Assembly: GCA_963924565.1 (NCBI GenBank)
Contig: OZ004612.1
Coordinates: 6,634,001-6,698,000 of the forward strand
DNA length: 64,000 nucleotides
Source: Ascidiella aspersa
Lineage: Eukaryota
Direction: 5' to 3'
The notes under the pieces were generated by a model that saw only the letters and a list, made by a program, of their open reading frames with translations, did no database searches and was not told the DNA's origin. Position 1 is the first letter of the stretch, and the number at the start of each line of letters is the position of its first letter. The translations under genes were made by a program, and so were the position numbers. Shown here piece by piece: positions 26,001 to 37,501 of this stretch.

Positions 26001-29000
26001 TTATTAATAAGGGCTTATTTAATTCTTTTGGTATACTCGGGAAACAAAATGACACAAACGCAGATTTGACAGGGTCTGGCGCAGTGGTTCTCAACCTTTT
26101 TTCTTTCGTGGCCCATTTACGTTGCAAAAAAATTCTGACAGATTATTTATTCAACCTTGCATTAGTGAGATACTTGCGGCTGAACAATAAATTTACATTC
26201 CTTTTTATTCCCCCACTCCCCCAAGCCATTATTCCTGTAAAATTAAATATAATGACACAAATCGTCACGCTCATAACCAAATTGCCTAAGTCATTTTTTT
26301 ATGATTTTTGCCTAAGTCACGCTTTACCATCTAGATCCATGGAAAAAAGTGCCTAAGTCATTTTTTGCACAAGCGCATGGAAAATGACCTAAAACGACCT
26401 GAGCACTTTTTCTATGGATGGGGATGGTAGCAAGAAGTGACTGAAGCAAAAACTCTGAAAATCATAAAAAAAAAAGACTTAGGCAATTTGGTTATGAGCG
26501 TGACGAAACTAAATCTAGCTTGTTTAAATCGGTCTGTGCCCACCTCAAATGTTTTATGGCCCACTGGTTGAGAACCGCTGGTCTAGCGCTTTACAGAATG
26601 GATCTTTTTATTGTTGTTTTTTTATGACATCTTCGTGTACTTTGAGGTGGAAAACAGGGGTTGTAATAAATATGTAAATCTTTCTTTTTAAGAAAAGTCT
26701 ATTAAAATTGTTTTTATCTGCTTAGTAAGTGCGATCAAAACCTTTTTTAACTATTTTCTATTGTCTCGGCGATGACAGTTGTTCTGTTTTGCTTTTTATA
26801 TTAAAAATCGTCGAGCGAATTCGAGATCTTCGAAATGCTATAATTTCTTTGAACGCTTTTTTCATAAAACTGTTTGACAAACCTGGAAACACAATCAAAC
26901 TCGAACTGCTATGAAAGCTTATTTCCTGCAATTGTTAGTTCTAAATGTTCCTACCTTCTTTAAATATTTGCTCGAGCTCCTGCAGATGCTCGTGGTTCAT
27001 TTGGTCGTCCACTCGCTTCGAATGTACGCTCGCTGCACCCTTTTAGAGTAGAAAATAAGCTGTTGTGAAAAAACAACTGTTCATACACGATACATGTTAA
27101 TTTCGTGGTGGTGATCAAACAGACTCGACACATTCAACAGAAGTAAAGCAAAATACATGCGCGCATACGTTTTAAAGAAAACTTTTTTTTTCCTTTAAAC
27201 CTTAAATATCTCAAAAAAAACGTCGGGCGCCTAGCTTTTTTTGTCCTATACGTACACCTTAAAAAATCGTTTAAAAAAAAATTGAAGTTTTACAGCATTT
27301 GCTTCTCGCTATATTTTTTTCTGATTTGTGTTAATTTCGACAAAAAACCTTTATGTACATATGAAAGACACACACCTATGTGTTTAATAGCAACTGTGAT
27401 CTAGTCCCTCGGAAGCTGCTTTTTGACCGATAGTTACGCTTCCATGTCATTATAATACACCGAAAAGCTATCGCAGACTCGCCGAATCTGTCGATCAATA
27501 ATGCAAGCAGGGCAGGCTAGAAAGAAACCAGCCTGCAGTGAGGTTCGAACTCACAACCTCCGGTCAAGCCAGGACCGTCGCTCTACCAACTGAGTTACAG
27601 CGATATATATTGACAATATTAACTTCGTTACCTTTTTCGCCGGTTTCGAGATAGCAACATCTTCTTCGTGTGTTCCGCCCTCGTTAAAAGCAGCCGACTT
27701 TTTCGCTTTGAGCTGCTTTACGCTCGAACGTCGTCGTCTGTTGTAATTATCGCGAGCATCGGTGGACGAAGACCTTGGATGTTAAAAGCAAAGCTAATCA
27801 ATACTAGTCAAATGAATTCGATAAATTACATGTTGAAAATTAGCGATTTCGTATACTTGACGTGTTATATCGATACCTTATCTTTCGAAGGAAAACTTGT
27901 CACGAGTTTAAGAGTTGTAATCTACTATTTTTTATACATATATTTATTTTAGCCTACTGCCAGCTGCCACCCAGTTATCGCACCAGAACCGATACTACCA
28001 CTTGGCATCGGGTATAGCTTTCGATGATATCGGTCATCTCGAAAGTTAATAAAGAACTTTTCACGTTCGGAATATGCTACCTATACTTCTGTGTTGGCTT
28101 CGATATATTCCTTCTAGTAACATAATCATTTTAACATTCAAAATCAAATTAATGTTGTCATTTTACTAAAAAAATGTTGGTTTAATGGTGAAAATAACGG
28201 CCCAAATAGACGTTAAAAGCGACATGCTTTATTTTCAAACGTTTCGGCAAATTCTCATGCCATCATCAGTGATTCACCATTAAACTTATAAACAGATCCC
28301 TATATAGTGTTCTAATGTTGGTTTGATGAAACAAAAATCATTGCTAACCACCATAATGACGTAACAATGAAACATATATTTTTGCAAAACTAAAAACCTC
28401 CTACAGTCTCCCAGCACTATCCCCTGATTAAGAAAATTCCAAATAAAACTTTGGTGAAAGGAACAACAAAAATTATATCGCATGTTTGGACAGATGCCCA
28501 CCTAAAATAATAGCCTGGTGGTTGGCGGGCGTTTCTTACACAATGTATATCATCGAGATAAAGTTGACCAGACAGTAGTCATTTATTTAATAAAGTAACG
28601 TTTCTGCAGGCTTTGGTTTTAAAAATATTGTGTTTTTTTTCCCCGATCTTCAAAATTTTAAACCAACTTTATATTACCTATCATATCAAGTTCTGTCATA
28701 AACACCGTATAGTATATTTAGACGTTATAATGTATTTACCCGATGGCAAAATATTTTGGAAAGTTTGTGCACTTTTGCTGCCACGATTAAGTAAAAATAT
28801 AATATTATCAAAACATGTCTTAACAATCGAAAAACTTTTTTAAATGCTTTACGAACTACCGATTTCATCAGAAATTTAGATCTTAAAATTCATAGGACAT
28901 TTTTTTTTGTTCAAATATTTTGGCAGCAAATATTTAAAGCAGTGGTTCTTAACCTTTGGTAACCCGTCGAACCCCTATGTTATTCTGCAAGCGTTCATCG

Positions 29001-32000
29001 AACACCAAATTTTCGCTCAGTATTCGTTTCTCCTAGCAGCTGAAACTGGGTATATTTAACTTATGAACTTGCATTTATGCAGGTTAAATTGGCCAAAAAC
29101 CTTCAATTTATAACGTTACATGACACCTTGGTACATAAAAAAGATTCCAATTTAGCTTGAATAACAGCATTTATGTTTTAGAGGACATTCTCGCCGAACC
29201 CTTAAAAAAGCTGCGTCTCTAACCCCAAGGGTTCAATCGAACCCTGGTTAAGAACCACTGATTTAAAGGGAACGCAGTTCCTCACCGTTCCGGCTTACTT
29301 TTACCATTAGGTCCTTTATTATTTCAAGGAAGCAAACGGTCTGCTATATAGGTGGAGAGTCAATGACGGCTGCTTTAACAGGCTTTATGCGGAGTCAGAG
29401 TCGGCCCCGGGACCCGGCATAGTCGTTTTGATTTGCCATGGTCGGACTCGGGATTCAGGACTCGAGTAAAACTACCCGAGTGCCGAGTCCAACGTGCGCA
29501 TGCGCAGTACGAAATTTTAAATCTGATATGTAATGGCGAAATAGCATGGTGGATACTTTTAACCATTTATTGTGAGTGAATGATTGATATGACACCCCTT
29601 TGATTGGATTGCTGAAAATCCTCATTTAGTTCCATACATGGTTGAAAATTGAAATACAGACTGTAGAATCAGAGACGGACTCGTGACTCGACGAAATCGC
29701 ACATTTGGCCTAGTCGAACTCGGACTCGGGTTATTTTCTCGGTCGGAGTCGAACTCTGGTTATTTTTAACCGACTTCGCAGCCCTGCTTTATAAGTTTAA
29801 CCGAGATACAAGGTACCGACTTTATCTTAAATCCCTTTTTAAAAACTTAACAAAAAGTCGCATTAATAAGGCCAAATCCTCACCTGTGCGAATCCTGCTT
29901 TCCAGTTTCGCTGCTGCTGCTTCGCGTTTTTGGCAGCAAGCCAACTGACGAACGCTTTGATCTAACTGCTCCCAACTCGGACCCCGAGGTCGGCGGCAAC
30001 TCGATCATACTTTTATCCGAGAAACTACTCGCTTACTCGATCTCTATCGCCACAGCGGCGTGTGACCTTCGCTAAAACTTTAAGGTCAAATATTCGCCCT
30101 GAATTTTTGAGCAAGTGTTGGTTTTCTATATCGCTAGGAAATGGTTAAACCCGCCCGTTAACGTTTCTTACCCAAATAAAGACAAAAAGAGTAATATAGA
30201 TAAATCAAACAAGCTAATACACAAGTAGGTACCATTTTAAACTTTGCGAATAACTTAAATAAATTTGCGAAAATTTTGAAAATGAATAAAGAGGTATTCG
30301 AAAAGTTTAAAATGCTACCTACTTCTGTATGGGCTTTGATGTTCTTACTACGTCTCACTACAACCTCAAACCATTATGCATTGAAGATAAATTACCGTTT
30401 TGTTTTATTTACAAAACCTGAATTTAATTGCCCAATGTCGCTATTACTAACTTTATCATTGCAGTAAATGTTTTGGTTAAACATAAGCTATTCAACTGTC
30501 TTACATTTAAAAATATGCGGAAGTAAAAAGCAGATAACTGCGTTAAACATTTTTATATAAGGTTAAAATTGCCTTCTACAGAACAAAAAAATCCAATTTA
30601 TTAACACTTACCTTCGAATGAAGGTATTCTTCGCTATACTTGGCGTAACTTTTTCCTAAACCTGCAATTAAAACTGACTAACCCTACGCTAGCGAACAGA
30701 AACCTTACGCTGCAAAACAGAAAACCCATGGTGGCCTACTTTTAATTTAGAAAACGCACAAATAACCGTTGGAAATTTCCCCGCCTAATGTGGTAATTTT
30801 TGCCAATAAAAATGCCAAGGCAACAGACCTACGTTAAACCATTGTCGGTTATTGATCGTATTGTGACAAACAGGAGGCATTGTTACGAACAAAGCAACGG
30901 GTTTAGCCTTGACTGAACCTTGTATTTTTGGGTTTGAATTGCTACAGGAAAACCTCTTTATTTATACAAAACGACTGTGTTTTTTGATCATTTTTGTATT
31001 TTAAAGGAAATCGATTAGGTTATTTAGCGCTACTATTGATGAAATTTGATTTATATGTCCGAAAACTATAAAAAATTACGTTTAAAATGTAATCAAAGTG
31101 ATATGTAAAAAATGCCGTAAATATTATAGTTTTCCCAATTTAAAGAACTAATGATGATAGGATTTGGTTTATTTAACGATTGAAAGATAAGATCGTTTTT
31201 CATCCAGCAATAATATAAAAAAACATTGTAAAAGTTTATGGTTTGTAACTGAACTTTGATTCATTCACTTCGTTTAGTTTTAAATGGTTGGATTTACTGG
31301 GACTGATTTTGAGCAAGATTTCTGAAATATTTGAGAAAAAATTGCGCAAGCAATACGAAAACATGGCATAAGATTGTTTTTATTGTTTAGTTTCTCCTTA
31401 ATATTGAAGTAATTTCTATGGTAACACTGGTTATAAAGTGATTTGTTTTCGCTTGAGTTGCTTGAGTTTTAGTGGCACCTAAGCCTTGGAAAAACATTGA
31501 GCAGAAAATGTAAATGGCGGATAAACCAGAATTCGTCACAAGTCAATGTATATGCAAAATTATGAACTAAAGTTTTATGAACTAAAATCGAATTGAGAAA
31601 AGTTATTCCTTGTTTGTGTTTTACTTATGACTTTTGCCGCAGAAAGTAGCTTAGAAACACTGATATAAACTATCACAAATCTACTCATTTAAAGAAAATG
31701 TGTAAGAGAAACAACTGAACAAACACCTATTATTTAGGTTTGTGTAATACGAACTGATTATTTTCGTGTTGTTTTATCACAGCCGTTGTTTATTTGCAGC
31801 GCTGTTTTGTCGTCCATCTTCCTGAAAGACAAGCTGAACCGGCTTGGAAAGATCGGTGTTTTGCTTAGCTTGGTCGGATCCACCGTCATTGTTATCCACT
31901 CTCCGCGTCACGAACAAATCTCAAACTTCGCAGAACTGGTGGACAGTTTCACTGATACAGGTGGGATCAGTGTCGTAAACAAGTCATTTTGAAATGACTT

Positions 32001-34889
32001 AAGTCCAAGTCAAGTCATTTGAATAATTAACTTAAGTGCAAGTCAAGTCTATCGCAAAAATAACAAGTCAAGTCCCAGTCCAAGTCATCGTTTGCCCAAG
32101 TCCAGTCCCAGTCAAGTCATTATGAGAGCAAGTCAATTTCAAGTCATGTTATTGTCATAAAAGTAAACTGTTAAACTATTAAAATTGGTAAACTCGTCCG
32201 ATAATGAGCAACAATTTAACTAAAAATTTACACAAAGGAAATGTGCAGCAATAAATTGTTTAGTGTGCACAACTTGAGATACATTTTAATAAAAAACACT
32301 TAACTTAATTGCAAGATGTTTGACAGAATGACTCAAGTCCAAGTCAAGTCATTTGTCCAAAAGACTTAAGTTAAGTCAAGTCATTCTGGTCAAAATACTT
32401 AAGTCAAGTCAAGTCATTTTAAAACAGTGACTTAAGTGCACTTAAGTCAAGTCAGTGACTAAAGTCATTACAACACTGGGTGGGATAATTGTAGAAATGC
32501 GCAGTATTAAAGTTTTCCCTACTTCAGAAAATTAGTTGTTCTAAAAACGCCTTAAAATCGCGTTTTTCAGTTGCCTGATTGGCACTTCATATTGGGTAAA
32601 ATATCGGTATTCATTGGAGAAACGGCTATTAGTCAAATGACAGGTGATACCTTGAATACTTTTTTGCCATTTTAAGCGAAACGGTAACATCCCCATTGTG
32701 CTGCTCTATTCCGCGGTCCCGTCTTTTAGGTTTATTGGATCTTACTTTTTCAGCTTACAGCTTACAACTCACTAAAAAAATGGCAGCTCACTTGTAGCCT
32801 TTGTCTAGTTCAAATTATTACTTGACAATCACCCTGCAAGACAATTGCTAAAACTTTTTATAGTTTTATTCAAGGCCAGTATTCTTGCTCGCATGTCTAT
32901 TTGTAATAGAAATCAGTTTTGTTCAAAATTGCAAAAACTTTTGCGTCACACTTGAGAATGTCTCGAGGCACTCAGTTTAAAAAGCACTACAATCTAAGCA
33001 TTTCAGATTTTAGTTACCATTTTCACTTACGCTTATCAAAATACCCATTGACCTCATATAATAATACTCGGAAAGGTCACATAGGTCTACTCAGAAAGTA
33101 GAGGACTTTTATAGTAAATTTTTTTGTTTGTTCCTTTTATTCAAAAATGGATTCAATATAATTATATTCACATAAAAAACTCTGCTATAAAATCCCATTG
33201 GTGTTATAAACCCAGAAAAATGCTTTCTGCCGCTTTGGTAGTCCTACAATTGATACAGTGTTAAAATAAATTATTATTTAACCGGTTTCCTATACTTAGT
33301 GTTAAACTAGAACTTTTTACTTCGAGGTTTTGCGACACACCCGTCGATCAATTTTTGGCGAGTCTGTTTTGCACATAAATACAGTAAACCGTCGTTTCAA
33401 GTTGCCAAAATGGCGATTGATTAACCATTTGGAAGTATAGGCTTGTTTCGCAGAAATAATGTTTCCAGTCGTCCCTTTAAACCAACAAATGCACTCGTCT
33501 TACACTTGTGTATAAATTTGAAGTGATTGAATGTTTTAAATCTGTAAAATATGAGGTGTTACCTTAAAATTATTCAAGTCTTGTTTTAAATTTTGTACAC
33601 AGTGGCCAACATATTAAAGCAGAACGCAGTCAACGAGTCAAAACGAAAAATTCCGATTTGGTGCAAAGTTATTTAAATTTAACCAAGTTCTCAATATATG
33701 CGTAAATGGTCAAACATATATATATACAATTCGAAATCACGCTTAATTGTTTTGTTTCCAAATCTATTTTCTGCCATTAAAACGTTTGAGAATTATCTGA
33801 ACCACCTCCTATCACAACTATAGACTTACAAGTGAGAATACAGCTCAATGTTGTGCAATATTTGTTGAAAGCACGAATAAGCCAATCATATGGCGCCACG
33901 TCACAAAAGACGCACACCACAGAACTAACTTTTTTTTTTCAAACTTGCCCTGAAGCACACTAAACACGGATCTATTCATGATCTTCAAAAGAAAGAAAGT
34001 GTCCCAAATAATAGAAAAAAGATTCATTCTTTTATTAGCAAACGTTTCGGCCGAACTGATGATGGCAAAAGTACTTGCCGAAACGTTTGCTAATAAAATA
34101 ATGAATCTTTTATCTATTATTTGGACCACTCTCTTTCTATTGAAGACCCTGAAGAATCTTGCGCATTTTGACATTATACAACGAAGCCAAGTAAACCCTT
34201 GTTTTATTTTAGTCCTATAACACCAAAATGCTGTGACAGGCAATGCTTTCTTGTGGTTTCGAGCGAAATGTTTAGAAGCTTACACGAACGGACACGCAAT
34301 TTTGTGACTCCAAATTAACAAAACGAACCACTAAACTTGTTCCTTTGTTAATGCGTCGTCCCTATTTTTTCTTCCAGCGTTCCTTGTCTACTGCGCAGTT
34401 CTCATTGCTGCAACCCTTTACCTGATAATCGACCTTGCCCCGCGCCGCGGCCAACACAACCTACTGGTTTACATCACCATTTGCAACATGGTCGGCGCCA
34501 TGTCCGTCCTTTGCGGCAAGAGCTTAGGCATCGCCCTCAAGGATGCTTTGGCGCCATCACCGGCCAGTGCCCCCCTGAAAATCTACCTGCACCCCCTCTT
34601 CTGGCTACTTATAGTGGGACAAGTCTTGGGCGTGGTCATTCAGATTGTGTACTTGAACCGTTCGCTTGCCGTTTTCAACACAAGCGCAGTTATACCAGTT
34701 CAGTACGTCTTCACCAACCTCTTTCTTGTAATCGGCTCTATCCTTCTCTTTCGCGAGTTGTCCTCGATGAGCGGGGAGAGTTGCGTAGGCCTGCTGTGCG
34801 GTTTTGTAACGGTCGTTGTCGGAGTTGTGCTGCTTAATTCTTTCAAGAGCGCCCGTCGGATCGACGACGATGCACCCCTGGCTTTGTGA
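5082..34889 (+). CDS. NIPA2: NIPA-family magnesium transporter (NIPA2-like), 5 coding exons, about 327 aa
   Basis: Exons 5082-5235, 5746-5811, 6283-6373, 31800-31960, 34378-34889; GT-AG introns in phases 1,1,2,1. Motifs GSSFILQKKGL, GYL..WWLGMLSM.GEVINF.AY..APAILITPLGAL, LGKIG.LLS.GST..VIHSP, LVYITIC, QIVYLNR.L..FNTS match the NIPA family. Orthology to NIPA2 versus NIPAL not tested. Confidence 0.92.
5312..5435. repeat. Imperfect hairpin / small MITE in NIPA intron 1
   Basis: ttaatgtggcacatttgggttgatatttaaccatc ... gatggttaaatattaactgagatgtgccaaattaa. Confidence 0.6.
7117..30008 (-). CDS. EF-hand and WD40-repeat protein (WDR49/EFCAB8/WDR64/WDY-like), about 22 exons and 1390 aa, nested in NIPA intron 3
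   Basis: Phase-consistent exons on -: 30008-29884, 27773-27632, 27039-26955, 25828-25722, 24894-24721, 23770-23446, 22081-21807, 21321-21212, 19927-19727, 18585-18318, 18043-17905, 16656-16551, 15224-14863, 14045-13902, 13338-13081, 12599-12376, 11216-11004, 10471-10277, 9529-9428, 8841-8731, 8148-8033, 7519-7117. EF-hand FMKVDNNCDGTVDWDEYLSYM. WD repeats VTGSRDCEVRVWNPY, SISKDKNVRVWD, VTGGEDSMVCLWD, ASGGVDGSVRLW. Exons at 8-10 kb are less certain. Confidence 0.88.
11213..12165. repeat. Degenerate ~125-bp tandem repeat overlapping the WD40 exon 17 acceptor
   Basis: Recurring gagcgctgcag.gaacaagtggaagggtttgaaatttacac...aatgctgtaaaagttactct units; a further copy at about 10110-10170. Confidence 0.8.
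12609..12960. repeat. Palindromic dispersed repeat (aaagcccatacagaagtaggt family)
   Basis: Inverted arms around ttattcgaaacg; other copies at about 28070-28130, 30190-30380 and 49445-49522. Confidence 0.75.
16821..17064. repeat. 32-bp minisatellite, about 8 units
   Basis: CTCGAGGAACCCCAGTGTAATAATTTCACT(A/G)G at 16821, 16853, 16885, 16917, 16949, 16981, 17011, 17043. Confidence 0.95.
17573..17831. mobile_element. hAT MITE
   Basis: CAGTGGTTTTTAACC...GGTTAAAAAACCCTG; TSD CTTTAAGC/CTTTAAAC. Confidence 0.7.
18966..19148 (+). mobile_element. tRNA-derived SINE
   Basis: A box TAGCTCAGTTGG and B box GTTCGAACC in a tRNA-like head (18998-19072), followed by a tail shared with other copies. Confidence 0.85.
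19951..20275. mobile_element. hAT MITE
   Basis: CAGTGCTTCTCAACC...GGTGGAAAAGCACTG; TSD CAATAAGG/CAAAAAGG. Related remnants at about 21553-21663 and 60686-60905. Confidence 0.75.
20469..20644 (-). mobile_element. tRNA-derived SINE with TSD
   Basis: Near-identical reverse copy of 18966-19148, flanked by ATACTCTAGCAAAG at 20455-20468 and 20645-20658. Confidence 0.88.
24330..24680. repeat. ~130-bp tandem repeat, three copies
   Basis: caaaa.gcaact.acagaa.at recurs near 24381, 24510 and 24643. A separate ~170-bp duplication lies at about 24940-25110 / 25200-25385. Confidence 0.7.
26082..26580. mobile_element. hAT MITE containing a nested TIR element (26263-26505)
   Basis: Outer CAGTGGTTCTCAACC/GGTTGAGAACCGCTG with TSD GTCTGGCG/GTCTAGCG; inner ~30-bp TIR CGTCACGCTCATAACCAAATTGCCTAAGTC. 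Confidence 0.8.
27456..27599 (-). mobile_element. tRNA-derived SINE, 5'-truncated
   Basis: Same head and tail as the 18966 copy. Confidence 0.8.
28235..28272 (-). ncRNA. Minimal type-I hammerhead ribozyme motif (Penelope/retrozyme-like)
   Basis: On -: TCA-CTGATGA-T-GGCA(TGAGAATT)TGCC-GAAAC-GTT-TGA, within repeat 28181-28309 in WD40 intron 1, sense to that pre-mRNA. Confidence 0.7.
28940..29260. mobile_element. hAT MITE
   Basis: CAGTGGTTCTTAACC...GGTTAAGAACCACTG; perfect TSD ATTTAAAG. Confidence 0.88.
29379..29786. mobile_element. Degenerate hAT-like MITE with GGACTCGG/GAGTC subterminal repeats
   Basis: CAGG..TGCGGAGTC...GACTTCGCAGCCCTG; TSD eroded. Confidence 0.55.
30811..30824 (-). promoter_or_regulatory. 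Candidate RFX X-box upstream of the WD40 gene
   Basis: GTTGCCTTGGCATT on -, about 150 bp upstream of a possible non-coding exon 30661-30612 (ttgcag...GTAAGT). A second X-box-like ATTTCTATGGTAAC lies near 31412. Confidence 0.3.
31968..32478. mobile_element. hAT-type MITE rich in AAGTC repeats, inserted at the NIPA exon 4 donor
   Basis: TIRs CAGTGTCGTA/TACAACACTG; 8-bp TSD GGTGGGAT at 31960-31967 and 32479-32486. Confidence 0.85.
34056..34090 (+). ncRNA. Hammerhead core inside a ~190-bp palindrome (33970-34158)
   Basis: CTGATGA-T-GGCAA(AAGTAC)TTGCC-GAAAC-GTT. Stem I is poor, and the upstream arm is the inverted copy of the downstream arm. Confidence 0.55.
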
Positions 34890-35513
34890 GCCTCATTTCG
34901 TTTGTTTTTGGACCTCTTTGTCTTAGTTTTGTGTGTGTGTGTGTGTGTGAGGCGCGGAATTGTGTAGCGATGCGGAATGTTTGTCCGTTTGACTATATTT
35001 TTGTTCCCTGCAGCTCAATTGCGATTTTGTCTCGACTTACCTTTCTACGGTATTGCAAAAGTGAATTTGTTTTTACAAAGTATTCGAAGCGTTTCCGTGG
35101 TAGTTTTAACTTTTGAAGCTATACTTGTTATTTGACCTATGACTGTGCTATACGTTTAATTTTACATTATCTTTGCGCGACGTGATTCTTATTGACTGGC
35201 GTTGCCTCGTATGCAAAAAACTTTATCCCTGCATTGTCGATAAATTTGCTGTGTGCAAAAGCGATACAAGTCGAGGGATGGTTTATAACGACTCTATTTC
35301 CTTTTTTTAAATGCAGTTGTTTCGCTAATGCATTAATTTTGATCAAAATAACCCCGCGTCAACCACTAGAGTTGCCTAACCTTGTTAGTTTTCTACTTAA
35401 CCTTTGGTTTTTTTACCTTTGTATGTTCAGCGCGTAATTGCGCCTCAACTATGAAGCGTTTGTCGATCTTAAAATCTTTTTGTTACCTGCAGCCAATCAC
35501 GAGTTTAACGTAA

Positions 35514-35816
35514 AGGCCCGTTTACACTACAGCTGCACTGAGCTGCACTGAGCTGCACTGGGCGTGAAATTGTTTTCACTACAGCTGCACTGAGCTGCGC
35601 TGGGCGTAAAAATCGCTCCAAACGTAACGTGTTTCTATAGCTGCACTGGGCTTGAGTTTTGCAAAGCGTGAAAATCGCTCCAAAGCGTATTTTTAAGCTA
35701 GCTGCAGCTGCTGCACAGGGCTTGAGTTTAGCAAAGCTTGAAACGCTCGCCACAATAGAATTTAAATGCAAATTACGCTTTGCTCAGCTCAGTGCAGCTG
35801 TAGTGTGAACGGGCCT
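35514..35816. mobile_element. PIF/Harbinger (Tourist-like) MITE
   Basis: TIRs AGGCCCGTTTACACTA / TAGTGTGAACGGGCCT; 3-bp TSD TAA. Confidence 0.85.
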
Positions 35817-37184
35817 TAACTGTTTAACGTTACTACGATATTGCAAAAGTAGATCATTTTACACTAGTATTCAAAGCGATTAATTTGTGGTGTTAAAGTT
35901 GAAGCATTATTTTTGTGCCTTTATTTTTCTTTTGTATTATTATTCTTTGTCCCCGAGTGACTATTACCTAAACGATTGATTTTGGTTTTGCATGCAACAA
36001 ACTTTATATTAATTTGACTTTGGCTGCCTGCTTCAGTAATATGTACTTTGTAAGTCGTTACTATTTTAGAAAAACATTTGTAGGACTAACTTACATTTTT
36101 ACGTGCGAATTAATCGTTTTTGCAAAATAGAGCCAACATTGCGTAAAACATTTGGCATTATTCGGAACTTCTTTACTTTTTAATCGGTTGTTGCTGACAT
36201 ATTGTTATCTTTTGTATGGTATTTAATAAGTATTTGCAGGTCCAATGCTCATTATCTACCCCAAAGTGACCCGAGTATTTGCGCTTATTTTGGTTGCTAT
36301 TCCTACAACCTCACAAGCGTGCCACAGTAAACCTTATTATGTGACTCATGGCAGTCCCCCTTTTTCGTTCAGGTTCGATTTTAAAGCTCGTTTTTATTTC
36401 ATTGGGACTGATTCCCTACGTCATACGTACAATTGGCAGAAAAAGTGATTTAGTTTTTCGACTTTGATGTCGAGTATATTTTAGTTGCTTTGTATAGTGA
36501 GCAATGCAAAATTTTGTTTAGATTCCTGTCCAAAATACATTTTCGAATTGTTTCTTTTGATATCGTGAAGTCCTTGTTTATTTCTTAATCATTGCGTTCC
36601 ATATCAGTCGATTTTCATCTTTTGCACTAAAGTACTTTGAGGTGAATTTGTCTCTAGTATTCGATCAACCCTTTTCATTTTTATTTGAAAGCAAAAAAAT
36701 AGAAGAGATATGTTCTCGTCTTATCGACATCTTTATACGCTACAAATTTCGTGTTCCTTATGTTTTGTATTGCAGTAAATCTGTGTTCTAGTTTGTTATA
36801 CCAATGGACGCCGGATCATGTATTACCTAGACCTATACAGACGGGTTCGGACTGGGCGTCGAACTTTTACTGAGGCTTGCACTATTTCAAGTTTTATCGC
36901 TTCGTAATCGCCTATAAGACCTTATTTATCTTGTTGATGGTCATTTTGTTATTTTGTTTGAACATACATTAATCACCTTTTAAACCAACTTTATTGTTCA
37001 CCGGTTAGTAGCTTGTATTTGTTTCCTGCCGGGAGTATTTCGTGTGGAACAATTTCGCCAAGTTTATGCTTGACGCGATTTACGCTCAATTCGTCCTATC
37101 TTGGTTTCGACACTGAAGTGTTTATTAACTTTCGCATATAAACCTCAGAACTTCACCGCCGGTCGTGTCTTGCGTTGTGTAGGG

Positions 37185-37501
37185 CAGGGGTGGGCAACCT
37201 TTTTCAGGTCGCGGACCCAAACCAATTTCAAAGGTTTCTGCGGGCCGTTAAATATAACTGTGTAGACATATCTTACTGTAGCAATCGCAACGACTATTAA
37301 TCTGCAGTTGGAAAGGATCTAACTACATGTTGTATTTGATGCAGGAACAAGATTTACACCAAGCGCAGAACAATTTTGCTTTTAATTAGTTAAAATAACC
37401 GAAAATGTATGAGGAATGGCGTGCGCCCAGTTTGAAAAATAGGTTGCGAGCCGCATGATTTGCGTTGACGTACCGGATCTGGCCGTAGGTTGCCCGCCCA
37501 T
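37185..37501. mobile_element. Degenerate hAT MITE
   Basis: CAGGGGTGGGCAACC...GGTTGCCCGCCCA. Confidence 0.55.

Noticed and set aside
33845-34243. Mirror-image ORFs on both strands
   Set aside because: Produced by the DNA palindrome at 33970-34158.
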